From positions 1 through 64,000 of the forward strand of contig JBIOZG010000035.1 of the NCBI GenBank assembly GCA_044870765.1: 64,000 nucleotides of DNA, read 5' to 3'. The translations under genes were made by a program, and so were the position numbers. Positions 39,804 to 49,442 of the stretch are shown here, one piece after another (position 1 is the stretch's first letter; the number at the start of each line of letters is the position of its first letter). The notes beneath the pieces were generated by a model. That model was given only the letters and a program-made list of their open reading frames with translations, searched no databases and had not been told where the DNA came from. The stretch is from Nitrososphaeraceae archaeon. Its GTDB lineage: Archaea; Thermoproteota; Nitrososphaeria; Nitrososphaerales; Nitrososphaeraceae.

Positions 39804-41066
39804 TTATTTTGGTTCTATGGATACGGCACACGAATTGGGGCCAGCCTCTAAATCGGGCATTTGCATATTGTCAAATGTTAGAATCCTCTTATTGATATCT
39901 ATAATTGTCTTGTAGTTCATTGGTCTCGCTGGCAAGGTGTCAGTAACTAAATGTACAAATTCATCCTTGTTCATGGAAAGAAGCGTTACTTTTTTCTTTA
40001 GTGAACCGATCGTGTCAGTTATTGGGACAGCGTGCTTTAAACTAATTGAGCTTCCATTAAAGTGTGCAGGAAGTATCATGGTATTGTCTGGGAATTGAAC
40101 TATCGTTTGGTGATAACTCTCGTATAGCATTTCTGCGTATTTTTTTGCTTCTTCCGTAAGGTCAGGTCGCCCTACACCATCTACGAATAGAGTATCTCCG
40201 GTGAATAAATACGAATACTGAGTATGGTTATCAGTGCTGTTCATTCCATCAGATTTATCAGAACCGGAATCAGAACCAGAATGCTCTATCAAGAAAGAAA
40301 AACTACCATTCGTATGCCCTGGAGTGTGAATAGCTTTTAACCAAATTTTCTTTGATATTTCAATTTGTTCTCCATTTTTAATGTACTTGATATTGATTTC
40401 AGTATTTTCACTATTGTATTCTTCAAGCGAACTGAAATATGCCTTTACTTCCTCATGTGCCTGTGCATTTATTGATTTAGCCAACTTTGCTACTCCAGAT
40501 ACATGATCTGCATGCTGGTGAGTATCAATTATTTTTATTATTTTCAATCCATTTTCCTTCGCAACATTTAGAAAAGCCTCATAATTTTCACGACTTGGAT
40601 CTATTACTACTGCCGTACTATCGTCTTTAGAAGATATAATGTATCCCATACATCCTTTGGATATTCTTCTGATTTGCCATATTCTAAATGGAGCGTCATT
40701 AGGAACCACAATTTCTGCATCATCGTAGACTTTATTCCAACCCGCCATTCCTCCTCTGACACTTTTTACGTTATATCCTAATTGATTGAGTAGCCTTGCT
40801 GCCATCATGGACCTGTTTCCGTGAGCACATAGTGTGACAATCTCTTTATCTTTTGGTATCTCTTTGAGCAAGTTAGAATCGTTCGTAAACAAGCGATCAA
40901 CCGGAATCAATTTAGGATTTTGATGATTATCATATGATAACTTCCAAGATTCATATTCTTGAGGTGTCCTAACATCTAGAATGAAAATATCTTCGTTATT
41001 ATCTATTTTCTTTTTTAATTCAGTGGGGTCAATTTCTTGATTATTGCCTGTCCTTTGGCCATTCAT
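39804..41066 (-). CDS. Rhodanese + MBL-fold (persulfide dioxygenase-like) fusion
   Basis: LDVRT...CAHGNRS rhodanese loop; THQHADH, HTPGHT, FTGDTLF, PAH, GPNSCA. Confidence 0.92.
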   Translation of the reverse strand: MNGQRTGNNQEIDPTELKKKIDNNEDIFILDVRTPQEYESWKLSYDNHQNPKLIPVDRLFTNDSNLLKEIPKDKEIVTLCAHGNRSMMAARLLNQLGYNVKSVRGGMAGWNKVYDDAEIVVPNDAPFRIWQIRRISKGCMGYIISSKDDSTAVVIDPSRENYEAFLNVAKENGLKIIKIIDTHQHADHVSGVAKLAKSINAQAHEEVKAYFSSLEEYNSENTEINIKYIKNGEQIEISKKIWLKAIHTPGHTNGSFSFLIEHSGSDSGSDKSDGMNSTDNHTQYSYLFTGDTLFVDGVGRPDLTEEAKKYAEMLYESYHQTIVQFPDNTMILPAHFNGSSISLKHAVPITDTIGSLKKKVTLLSMNKDEFVHLVTDTLPARPMNYKTIIDINKRILTFDNMQMPDLEAGPNSCAVSIEPK

Positions 41067-41427
41067 ATATTAGTATAGAAATCGACTAACCACTTAAATA
41101 GATATTTATTATTACCCCTAAGTAACCAAAAACTTGCAACGCAGGAAGTTGTATAGATTCAAGGCTATCGCATTTAGACCAACATTTTGAAAGTCAAACG
41201 CTACCAAAAAAGATATTGAGAATACTTACAAGTTTAAATTAAGATTTTAATATCAAATCAAATTCCCTCTAACTTACAAGGTCAGTATTAGTAAGTAGAG
41301 TATAATTTGGGATGCAAAATTAAATAAATATAAAGAACCTGATCGTGGCTAATCCATGCGCTATTCTTTGATATACCGTATCACTATTGTCGCATTTTTG
41401 AATCATTTATCTTTTCGCAAATTCTGA

Positions 41428-42000
41428 ATGGTCTTGAATGCAACAAAAAACCTCAAGCAAGATCACGTTCTAGTAAATCGACTTGGTAGAATAGCAAAGA
41501 AATGTTCTGATCTCTTATATGACAACTCAGATATTCCTATAGAAGATATCAAAATAATATCAATGCTTATTCAGGAATTTGTTGATAAATTACATCATGG
41601 TAAGGAAGAAAAGGCATATTTCCCACAAATGAACGAAAAAAATAACTTTTCTGAGGAGATACGAAAATTCTTAATAGAACATGAACTGGGCAGAAGAATA
41701 GCAAAGATGTTAGTTCAAAGTTTAGTATCTTGGGAAGACGGACCTAATTCTAGGGAAAGAGTAGCTAGATTCTTGAAGGCATATTCGGTATTCATAAGTA
41801 CACATACTGAAAAAGAGGATTTATTCTTTGATCTTATTGAGGAAAATGGTATTCTCTCTGAAGAAGAACATTCTCAATTAATAGGACGTTATAAATATTG
41901 TAATAGCGAGGTTGGAGGTAAAGTTAGAGTTGAACAAATGATAAAACTAATTGGATATCTTGAAGATAGAGTATGGATGAAAACTGATACTAATATATAG
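41428..42000 (+). CDS. Hemerythrin (HHE) domain protein
   Basis: LKQDH, HHGKEE, EHELGR, HTEKED. Confidence 0.9.
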   Translation: MVLNATKNLKQDHVLVNRLGRIAKKCSDLLYDNSDIPIEDIKIISMLIQEFVDKLHHGKEEKAYFPQMNEKNNFSEEIRKFLIEHELGRRIAKMLVQSLVSWEDGPNSRERVARFLKAYSVFISTHTEKEDLFFDLIEENGILSEEEHSQLIGRYKYCNSEVGGKVRVEQMIKLIGYLEDRVWMKTDTNI

Positions 42001-42099
42001 AGATTAATGCATAATTTTCATTATCCGGATCTATTCTCATGGCAGGTATTTCCATTAACAAAATAGCCTTTTTTGTGATTCATTTATGTTTCAAAATGA

Positions 42100-42242
42100 T
42101 ATTTATTGATTCCAACCAAGTTCGAGAAGGGTTACTTTTCAACGACGATCCTACTAGTGAATAATAGTCATTAGATTCAATTTGCATGGACAGATTGAAA
42201 AAAGGAGTTAAAGTTTTAGATATTGGATGTGGAAGAGGATCG
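42100..42242 (+). pseudogene. Remnant of a class I SAM-dependent methyltransferase
   Basis: DRLKKGVKVLDIGCGRG (SAM motif I) with upstream stops and no downstream continuation. Confidence 0.6.
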
Positions 42243-42344
42243 AAAGACTTCTTGGGTTCGTTCCCCCACATTCGCTAGTGTTTAAGGACGTGTTTGTGAC
42301 CGTATCCAATTTAGGAACTGTTATAAATAGGCGGTACTACGCAC

Positions 42345-42432
42345 GACGGGTGTAGACAGTGGTAAGTCGTTTATCTCTTCTCTCCAATTAGATGGATATT
42401 GAGGTTCTAACATCAACTTCATCTTAGCCGTT
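42345..42432 (+). ncRNA. tRNA-like element (degenerate cloverleaf)
   Basis: TATA box TTATAAATA at 42321; TA-GAC-AGTGGTAA-GTC D-arm, TTTATCT/AGATGGA stem, GGTTCTAA T-loop-like sequence, GACGG/CCGTT terminal pairing. Confidence 0.4.
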
Positions 42433-42635
42433 ATACATATCAGGTGCTTTCCTTTAGCTCAGTGTTTTTCAATCCACATGACAAACACCTATATGATTTG
42501 AGCTTTTCAGTTTCCTTCTCACATACTAGATGCTCTCCACAACAAGGACATATCATAATTATATGATATTAAGAATTGCCGTACTTTATGAATTGTGCAG
42601 CAGATAAATGCTAATTTAGACAAGATAAAAAACGA

Positions 42636-43133
42636 TTATGTCAATTTGGCATTTATTTCATTAATTAATCTCGAAATTCGTTTCATATGACTGCCTGCCC
42701 AATAAATCTTGTTACATTTTGTGCATTTGTAGAATATTTTATGGGATTGCAATAACTGGTCTGAAAGTTTGTTATTGATCAAACTATTATCAGAAATTTT
42801 ATCTATTTTACCATTACAACTAGTACATAAATAAGGGACTGTTGGCGAATTAATATATTTGATATTTAGAGTTCTAAAGATAGTAACTAAGTTTTCTATT
42901 TCTGTTTCTTTGTAAGTAAGAATGGCAGCTATTCGTTTTTTCTTACATCTGTTAAACAATTCCTTGTCGCTTGTTAGTACTATTCTTCCTAAGTAGTTTG
43001 ATGAATTCAAAATATTTTCATCATCCAAATTAGAGTCATAAACTGTATCAAAACCAAATATTCTCAATTTCCTAGCAATTTTACCGAGCATGGCATCAGC
43101 AAGAAATGAAAATTCTTTGGTATTTCTTTCCAT
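42636..43133 (-). CDS. Mut7-C RNase (PIN-like, DUF82) protein
   Basis: FLADAMLGKIARKLRIFGFDT, LTSD, CTSCNG...CTKCNKIYWAGSH. Confidence 0.93.
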   Translation of the reverse strand: MERNTKEFSFLADAMLGKIARKLRIFGFDTVYDSNLDDENILNSSNYLGRIVLTSDKELFNRCKKKRIAAILTYKETEIENLVTIFRTLNIKYINSPTVPYLCTSCNGKIDKISDNSLINNKLSDQLLQSHKIFYKCTKCNKIYWAGSHMKRISRLINEINAKLT

Positions 43134-43269
43134 TGCTTTGTAATCTTATCCAAGGAAATATTAAATAAAATTATGCACCTTTAGGATTACGTCCGTATAG
43201 CAAATCATGCTATTTTCCAATTTATGCTCATTATTCGAAACGGACTGGTAAACTTGATCGAAGGACTTT

Positions 43270-43821
43270 TTAATTATTTGGTGTCCTTGCAACGGCATCA
43301 ACAGTATAAGTAACGGTAAATGGTTCGCCACTTGTTTTATGAAAAACTAGAGCACTTCCAGTAAATTGTAATGAACCTGTACTTATAGGCGTATCAGTTA
43401 CTTTAACAGGGGTGTCAGTAAACAACGTCATTGTAGAAATGGCAACAGTCTTATTGTTAGGTAATGTTGCATGATACGGCTCGCCGTGTTCAGCATCTAC
43501 GGCTGATTGAGGATTGTAACCATGTAATACCTCTATTTCTATGGGTTTACTTGCAGTAAATGTTACCGTACCAGTCCAGATCTTACTATCATTTCTCAAT
43601 GGTAGAGCAAAAATAATCTGATGTGGAACTTTGCCATGAGGTGTGACCGTTGGAGAGGCTGGATTTGACATTTCTGTCTTCTGTCCAACATACCTTTCAT
43701 CAGATATTGTAGCATTGGACACAAAAGCTGCAGATAGCTGAGATTGAACCGATGATCCCACAGCAGCCATAATGACCAAAATTATGAGAATTGATTGAAC
43801 TCCTAATTGTAACTTGTTCAT
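43270..43821 (-). CDS. Secreted hypothetical protein (His-containing beta fold)
   Basis: Signal peptide; PHQI...WTGTVTFTASKPIEIEVLH...FTGSALVFH...PFTVTYTVDA. Confidence 0.75.
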   Translation of the reverse strand: MNKLQLGVQSILIILVIMAAVGSSVQSQLSAAFVSNATISDERYVGQKTEMSNPASPTVTPHGKVPHQIIFALPLRNDSKIWTGTVTFTASKPIEIEVLHGYNPQSAVDAEHGEPYHATLPNNKTVAISTMTLFTDTPVKVTDTPISTGSLQFTGSALVFHKTSGEPFTVTYTVDAVARTPNN

Positions 43822-43926
43822 GCGAATCGAAAGAATTAATGAAATAATTAATTGTTTCTATAAGAAATGCCAAACTTTGTTCGGCCTAGGGTCAAATTAC
43901 TACCATAGAATAACCCCGGTTATCTG

Positions 43927-44346
43927 TTAGAACCAAATATTATCCAAGTCCGTCCTCTTTCGTATCGCAATATGAGTAAAGTCTTCTTTATTATTCATGC
44001 ATCCATGCCAATGCAAAATAAAAGCCGGAACGCAGATTACATCACCCTTTTCCATCATGATGGTACTTTCAACTTCTATCTCTGTTTTAGTAATTTGATC
44101 TGGATCGATCTTTATTCTTTTTGCGAATACTACTACACCCTTTCCCTCAGTGGCAATCAATATCTGTTCTGAAGCATGTATGTGCGGCCTAGTTCTACAG
44201 CCAGCCTTAAAAGTCACATTATACATTTCCTGTTCGCTTGAATCGTCTTTATCTAATACACTCTTGATTACAAAATCTCCTGTGAATTTATCTTTGTATT
44301 TTTCTGTTGGCTCTACTTTTATAGATACAATGCTTTTTTTGTGCAT
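43927..44346 (-). CDS. Cupin domain protein
   Basis: RTRPHIHASEQIL and GDVICVPAFILHWHG. Confidence 0.9.
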   Translation of the reverse strand: MHKKSIVSIKVEPTEKYKDKFTGDFVIKSVLDKDDSSEQEMYNVTFKAGCRTRPHIHASEQILIATEGKGVVVFAKRIKIDPDQITKTEIEVESTIMMEKGDVICVPAFILHWHGCMNNKEDFTHIAIRKRTDLDNIWF

Positions 44347-44560
44347 TATTACTTCATGTCATACCCAATTATAAAAACTAGTTTGGAAGGTAATTGAGAG
44401 TAAATTGTTTTTGCCAAGAGTACTGCTACGAACTATAGAATTCAGAAAAATTTCGACAATTCTGACATTTTCAACTTTATATACAAACGACATCAGGAGC
44501 AAGAGTAGCATTCCATATGATAAGACCACAACTCCTTTTGGTTTGCTTTCGCATGATTGA

Positions 44561-45436
44561 TCATGCGCTAGTATACTTCTTAAGAAATGACAATGTCTTT
44601 TGCCATGCGTCTTGAGTTTCCTTCGGAGCGTAATTATCGCCTGATGGATTTGCAAATGCGTGATCAACTCCTTTGTAAATATAGATCTCATTTGGTGTGC
44701 CATTTGATTTTAAAGCTGATTCAAACGCCTTTACTGTGTCAACTTGTATAGACATATCCTGATCTCCGAATATACCCAATACAGGCCACTTTATACTTGC
44801 GAGGGTTGCATTATCTGTTACCAAACGGCCGTAATAGATAATAGTTGCAGCCAATGGATGATCCTGGCTGTTTAGGGCAAGCTGTAAAGATTGCCCTCCT
44901 CCAAAACACCACCCTAATGATACTATCTTCTCCGGATTTACATTCGGAAGTGAAGACAGGTATTTAACCGCTGATTTTAAATTAGAGGTCGCTATATCTT
45001 GATTATCCCTAATCTGTTGGGTTAACTCAGATGAACGGTTTCGATCAGTGGTAACCTCACCTTTAAATAAATCTACGGCCAGTACAACATATCCATTTTT
45101 AGCCAAAAGATTTGCCATATTTTTGATATTCTCATTTAGTCCTTTGTTTTCATGGATCATGACGACTCCAGGAAGCTTCATGTTGCTATTAATTTCACTA
45201 TTGTTAGCGTTTAGTTTACTTGGAAATACGAGATACCCATGTGCCTGATTAAAATAATCAATAGTTTTATTTTCTAATTGAATATCAGCGCCAGAAAGAT
45301 CGGATTTTGTGAGATCAGTAACATTTGTTACTATATTAGAAGTCTGACCGCTTATTAGTTTCACTGAGCTTCCCGATACTAAAACTGAACTAACTAGAAC
45401 AACCAGAAACAAAATTCTTAGATATATTTTATTCAC
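44561..45436 (-). CDS. Secreted dienelactone hydrolase family protein
   Basis: MIHENKGL, GWCFGG, GDQD, HAFANPSG. Confidence 0.93.
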   Translation of the reverse strand: MNKIYLRILFLVVLVSSVLVSGSSVKLISGQTSNIVTNVTDLTKSDLSGADIQLENKTIDYFNQAHGYLVFPSKLNANNSEINSNMKLPGVVMIHENKGLNENIKNMANLLAKNGYVVLAVDLFKGEVTTDRNRSSELTQQIRDNQDIATSNLKSAVKYLSSLPNVNPEKIVSLGWCFGGGQSLQLALNSQDHPLAATIIYYGRLVTDNATLASIKWPVLGIFGDQDMSIQVDTVKAFESALKSNGTPNEIYIYKGVDHAFANPSGDNYAPKETQDAWQKTLSFLKKYTSA

Positions 45437-45755
45437 ACATGATTATACTAGATATTGTTTATATTTTTTATGCAATCCTATTACATTTATGAACACAAAT
45501 AGTCAATCATACTGCGTATATTTAGAATATCGAGATTTCAAAACTAAAATATTGTGCAGTTGGAGGTCAGGGTAATACACGGGAAAATACTAGTAAAAGA
45601 TAATGTTATAACGGAACAGAATATAGTTAATAATTGTTGGTAACAATAAAATACTTGAAACCAACATCTTTAATATCGTAAAGATTTTTTTATCGCAAAG
45701 TAAGAACAAAGGACCGATTCTTTTTTATAACACGTTAAATAAATCTATTACAAAA

Positions 45756-46133
45756 ATGAGAGAAAAATTTAGTCTATTAAGGTATGGTGCTGCCGGTAGT
45801 ACTTTTATTGCAGGCATATTGCATCTGTCTTTGGTTGCAAATTCTATTGACAGAAACTTTAATACAGGTTTACTATTCTTAATCGGAGGACTGGCTCAAA
45901 TATTTTGGGTTCTTCCTACTATGAGAGGATGGAATAAAGCCTGGTATTACGTTGGTATCGCAGGAACTCTGACTTTTATAATTATTTGGGCTATTACAAG
46001 GTTTCCGGGAAATCCAATTAATGGTAGAGGGGGATCAATAGGTGAAACCGCAATTGTAATAGAAATATTTCAAGTAGCATTTGTCATCTTGAGCATAATA
46101 ATCCTGGCTAGGGATCCAAAGCTTCGTAACTAG
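45756..46133 (+). CDS. Hypothetical 4-TM membrane protein
   Basis: AGILHL...GLAQIFW...ITRFPGNPINGRG. Confidence 0.75.
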   Translation: MREKFSLLRYGAAGSTFIAGILHLSLVANSIDRNFNTGLLFLIGGLAQIFWVLPTMRGWNKAWYYVGIAGTLTFIIIWAITRFPGNPINGRGGSIGETAIVIEIFQVAFVILSIIILARDPKLRN

Positions 46134-46279
46134 GTATATTCGCATAGGCAATATACCTAATCATACTAGATACCTTTTACCATACTATTAAAAGATGAAA
46201 ATAAATATCGATTCTTCTTCACAGTAACAACAGAACTACAAACCGATAATTAAGATTCGATGGTGGTAACTATTTTGTC

Positions 46280-46462
46280 TTAGGATTTGTGTATATGCGC
46301 TTTGATTTTTTCCTGCATTTCGGGTTTTAGCACGTCCTCACGTGTATAACCATGATCCTTTATTGCATGTTCTATCAAATTATCCATTAGTTCATTTTCA
46401 GTTTCGCCCTTTCCTACATAATCGCAGTCGACTCCCACTTCTCTACATGATACCGATAACAT
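46280..46462 (-). CDS. DUF1059 small metal-binding protein
   Basis: CREVGVDCDY...HAIKDHG; start at MLSVSC. Confidence 0.88.
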   Translation of the reverse strand: MLSVSCREVGVDCDYVGKGETENELMDNLIEHAIKDHGYTREDVLKPEMQEKIKAHIHKS

Positions 46463-46885
46463 TGTAAAATTATAATTGGAAATACTATTTAAGTATGTAA
46501 TATGCAAACAATGTAGTTCCCGTTCTGGAGAATTACTATTTGAATTTTCTAGTTTAGTTACATTATATTAAACATCCAATTAAACGCCTGATTAATTTAT
46601 TAGAATTTACAAATTATAAACCGAAACCAAGTAGAAGATTTTATTAGAATATCGCCAATTCAAGTTCAACAATAAATGCAAGAGCGTGCTTTTGCACATA
46701 TGGCTGTAACTATTTTTTCATTATTTTCCATAATAGATGACTCGTATCAAAAATAAAAGTTAGAATTATACAAGCGTCAGGCTTAAACTAGTCAGTAAAG
46801 AAATAAAGAGCCGAAAGCAGTAAGCTGTTAGAGGAGAAGTGAAAGAAAAGTTAACCGATATCTCCGCTAAAAAGGTTCAATATTG

Positions 46886-47440
46886 TTAATTTTGAAATGA
46901 AGGTCTGTTCCCCAATAGCGAACTTACTGTTGGCGTATCTTTGAGATCGAGATTGACGGTAAGTATGTTTGACAATGCTCTAGACTTTGTTAAGTCGGTG
47001 AATGTGATATTGGCAACCACACTTTCTATCGACTTGTCTTGGAAATTAGTCTTAAGTAATTGTACCCCACCATCACTCTCTGCAGTAAAACCATTAGGAA
47101 ATGAAGTAGTCTTCAGAAATGATCCATTTGGGGCAAACACTGCCATTACTGCGTTTATCATTTTATTTTTTAGCGATTCATCTTCAACTGTATATTTCAC
47201 ATTTACTCTAACTTGGTTTGCGTCCGTATTTGTTAGTGGTACAAAGCTGGAATTGCCTAACGAGATAGCTATTCCCTGGCTATTTTGTGCGAATGAGGAA
47301 TGTGTCAAAACCATTGTATCACACAGGACAAAAATTGACAAGACCAAGCCTAACAGAACCATATATTTAGTTAAATTGAACATTGTTTTTATCAGTCCAA
47401 GATACTTTATCCTACCTAAATAAAAAATCTTTCTTAACAA
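46886..47440 (-). CDS. Secreted hypothetical protein
   Basis: Signal peptide then FVPLTN...NQVRVNVKY...INAVM...KTTSFPNGF; true start probably downstream. Confidence 0.7.
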   Translation of the reverse strand: MLRKIFYLGRIKYLGLIKTMFNLTKYMVLLGLVLSIFVLCDTMVLTHSSFAQNSQGIAISLGNSSFVPLTNTDANQVRVNVKYTVEDESLKNKMINAVMAVFAPNGSFLKTTSFPNGFTAESDGGVQLLKTNFQDKSIESVVANITFTDLTKSRALSNILTVNLDLKDTPTVSSLLGNRPSFQN

Positions 47441-47463
47441 TATCCGTTTAGAATTTTCTTAAA

Positions 47464-48438
47464 TTATTTTTTTGAGACTGCATGGTCGGATACAAATGCC
47501 TTAACAACCCTGTTCCACGCCATCGCCAAATTCTGTGTGTTGTAGCCTCCTCCACCAAGGCCAATAATTCTACAATGAGATCTCTCGTGCGCGAAGTTAT
47601 GCATAAATCGAGCAGCATATTCATGTGATTTCTCAGTATATTTCAAATGTGTTAAGGGATCCCCAGATAAGCCGTCTGCCCCGCATTGCATTATTATGAG
47701 CTCAAAATTCATAGAATTAATGAAATTTTCAATTTTCATAAATGCCGAAATAAAGTCATTATCTGTAGCACCAGGGGGCAGTGATAAGTTTAGCTTTGTA
47801 CCCTTTCCTGCTCCTGAACCATTTTCTGATTCAAATCCTGTTCCAGGATATAAGTATGAACCGTCCTCGTGAATATCGGCTATGAACAAATCAGGATCTT
47901 GCTCAAATTCGTAGTACACGCCATCTCCATGATGAGCATCAATATCAATATACAGTATTTTCCTCAAATCATATTTCTTTCTGGCATACATTATGGCAAC
48001 TCCTATGTCATTAAATACACAGAAACCTCCTGCTGCATTCCTTCGTGCATGATGCAGACCTCCGATTGGATTAAATGCATGGATAATCCCGTCGGTATTA
48101 TTAATTACAGTATCAAGGGCTAATAATGTAGATCCTACTACATACAAAGAAGCATCAAATACTCCCTTGAAGGAAGGTGTATCACCGGAGTCAAGATATC
48201 CTATTCCCTCTATTGAGGATTTTTTTACAAAATTGATATAGTCTTTGTCATGAAAATAAGATATTATACGTTCATCTGTTATGGCAGGGGAAATTACTTT
48301 CAGATTATCAGAGCTAATGTCCGGTGATTGAGTGATTTTTGACCAAAAGGCATCCAGTCTACGAGAATTAAATGGATGTTTCTCACCAAAGGTATAATTT
48401 GAAAGCTCCTTACCTAACACAACGGCAGTATTACACAT
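47464..48438 (-). CDS. Histone deacetylase/AcuC family protein
   Basis: HPF, GGLHHA, GFCVFND, DIDAHHGDG, GADGLSGDPL, GGGGY. Confidence 0.95.
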   Translation of the reverse strand: MCNTAVVLGKELSNYTFGEKHPFNSRRLDAFWSKITQSPDISSDNLKVISPAITDERIISYFHDKDYINFVKKSSIEGIGYLDSGDTPSFKGVFDASLYVVGSTLLALDTVINNTDGIIHAFNPIGGLHHARRNAAGGFCVFNDIGVAIMYARKKYDLRKILYIDIDAHHGDGVYYEFEQDPDLFIADIHEDGSYLYPGTGFESENGSGAGKGTKLNLSLPPGATDNDFISAFMKIENFINSMNFELIIMQCGADGLSGDPLTHLKYTEKSHEYAARFMHNFAHERSHCRIIGLGGGGYNTQNLAMAWNRVVKAFVSDHAVSKK

Positions 48439-48572
48439 TATCTTTTTTTTGGGGTCGAAGTATTAGTAGATTATCCGCAAAGTAACGGCAGCAGTATGGT
48501 TGAGGTCATGGAACTAATTTTGGCCTTTCAAAAATGCTTTATAGTACAATTACCCATTCATACAAGATCAAA

Positions 48573-48686
48573 ATGTGCTATGAATTTGAAATCCCGGAGA
48601 ATGTAAAACTAACAAACAAAAAAGCACTGGAAAAGGAAGATAATGAAGCCGAACTCGAGCTAGAGCCAATTAAGGTATCAAATTAG
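48573..48686 (+). CDS. Putative 37-aa acidic microprotein MCYEFEIPENVKLTNKKALEKEDNEAELELEPIKVSN
   Basis: TTTATA about 30 nt upstream; T-rich terminator-like tract directly after the stop. Confidence 0.55.
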   Translation: MCYEFEIPENVKLTNKKALEKEDNEAELELEPIKVSN

Positions 48687-48783
48687 ACTTTCCTTTTCTT
48701 TTATTTAACCAATAATGATGGTGCCTTTTGTACTGACAGAGGTGCGGTATGGATTATAGCACGCAGCATTTTGGCGAATTTTA

Positions 48784-49296
48784 TTATCGTATGTAAGTCT
48801 GATTCGAGTTATCAAAGTTCTTAATTAGTTCAAATTTGTTTTCAAATTTATCGAATCTTACTAGTCCTATTTGAGGAAAAATTTTCAGTGGATCTTCAGC
48901 CATGACAGTTACTGCCTGGATCTCACCAAAGAATTTTTGGCATAGTTCTAGGCTCATATTTCTAACTGTGTTTTCATCTAAAATTCCAAAACTATGAAGA
49001 TACTCGTGCAAAAGTACGGTAAATAAATAAGAGTTGTATTCATAATTGGAAGTTGAATGTTTTCTTACCAGGTCTAACAGGATACTATTGATGGCAATGA
49101 CGTTTGAGCCCAAAACGTGATAAGCTCCTACTCTGGTAGGCATTCCATGAAGCATCAGGCTCAAACCAGCTCGCTTCATCTCGTATACTGAATTCACAGA
49201 AGACTTTACAAACTCAAACACGTCGTTAAAGTCTTTCAAATCTAATAGCTTGTTATTATTGTCGATTTTGTCTTCGGCCGTTATGATTTTTGTCAC
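48784..49296 (-). CDS. Zincin-like (HEXXH) metallopeptidase domain protein
   Basis: VLLHEYLHSFGILDE. Confidence 0.8.
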   Translation of the reverse strand: MTKIITAEDKIDNNNKLLDLKDFNDVFEFVKSSVNSVYEMKRAGLSLMLHGMPTRVGAYHVLGSNVIAINSILLDLVRKHSTSNYEYNSYLFTVLLHEYLHSFGILDENTVRNMSLELCQKFFGEIQAVTVMAEDPLKIFPQIGLVRFDKFENKFELIKNFDNSNQTYIR

Positions 49297-49442
49297 TTAA
49301 TCTGATTCTTATATTCTCGTTTTACACCTATAAATCATAGCCTCTTCTTTCAGTCAATTACATGTTAATCGTATGATTGAGACAAGAACAATGCATTAGA
49401 TTAATTAATTAAGTAAACGTGCAATATTCTAATACATAATTT

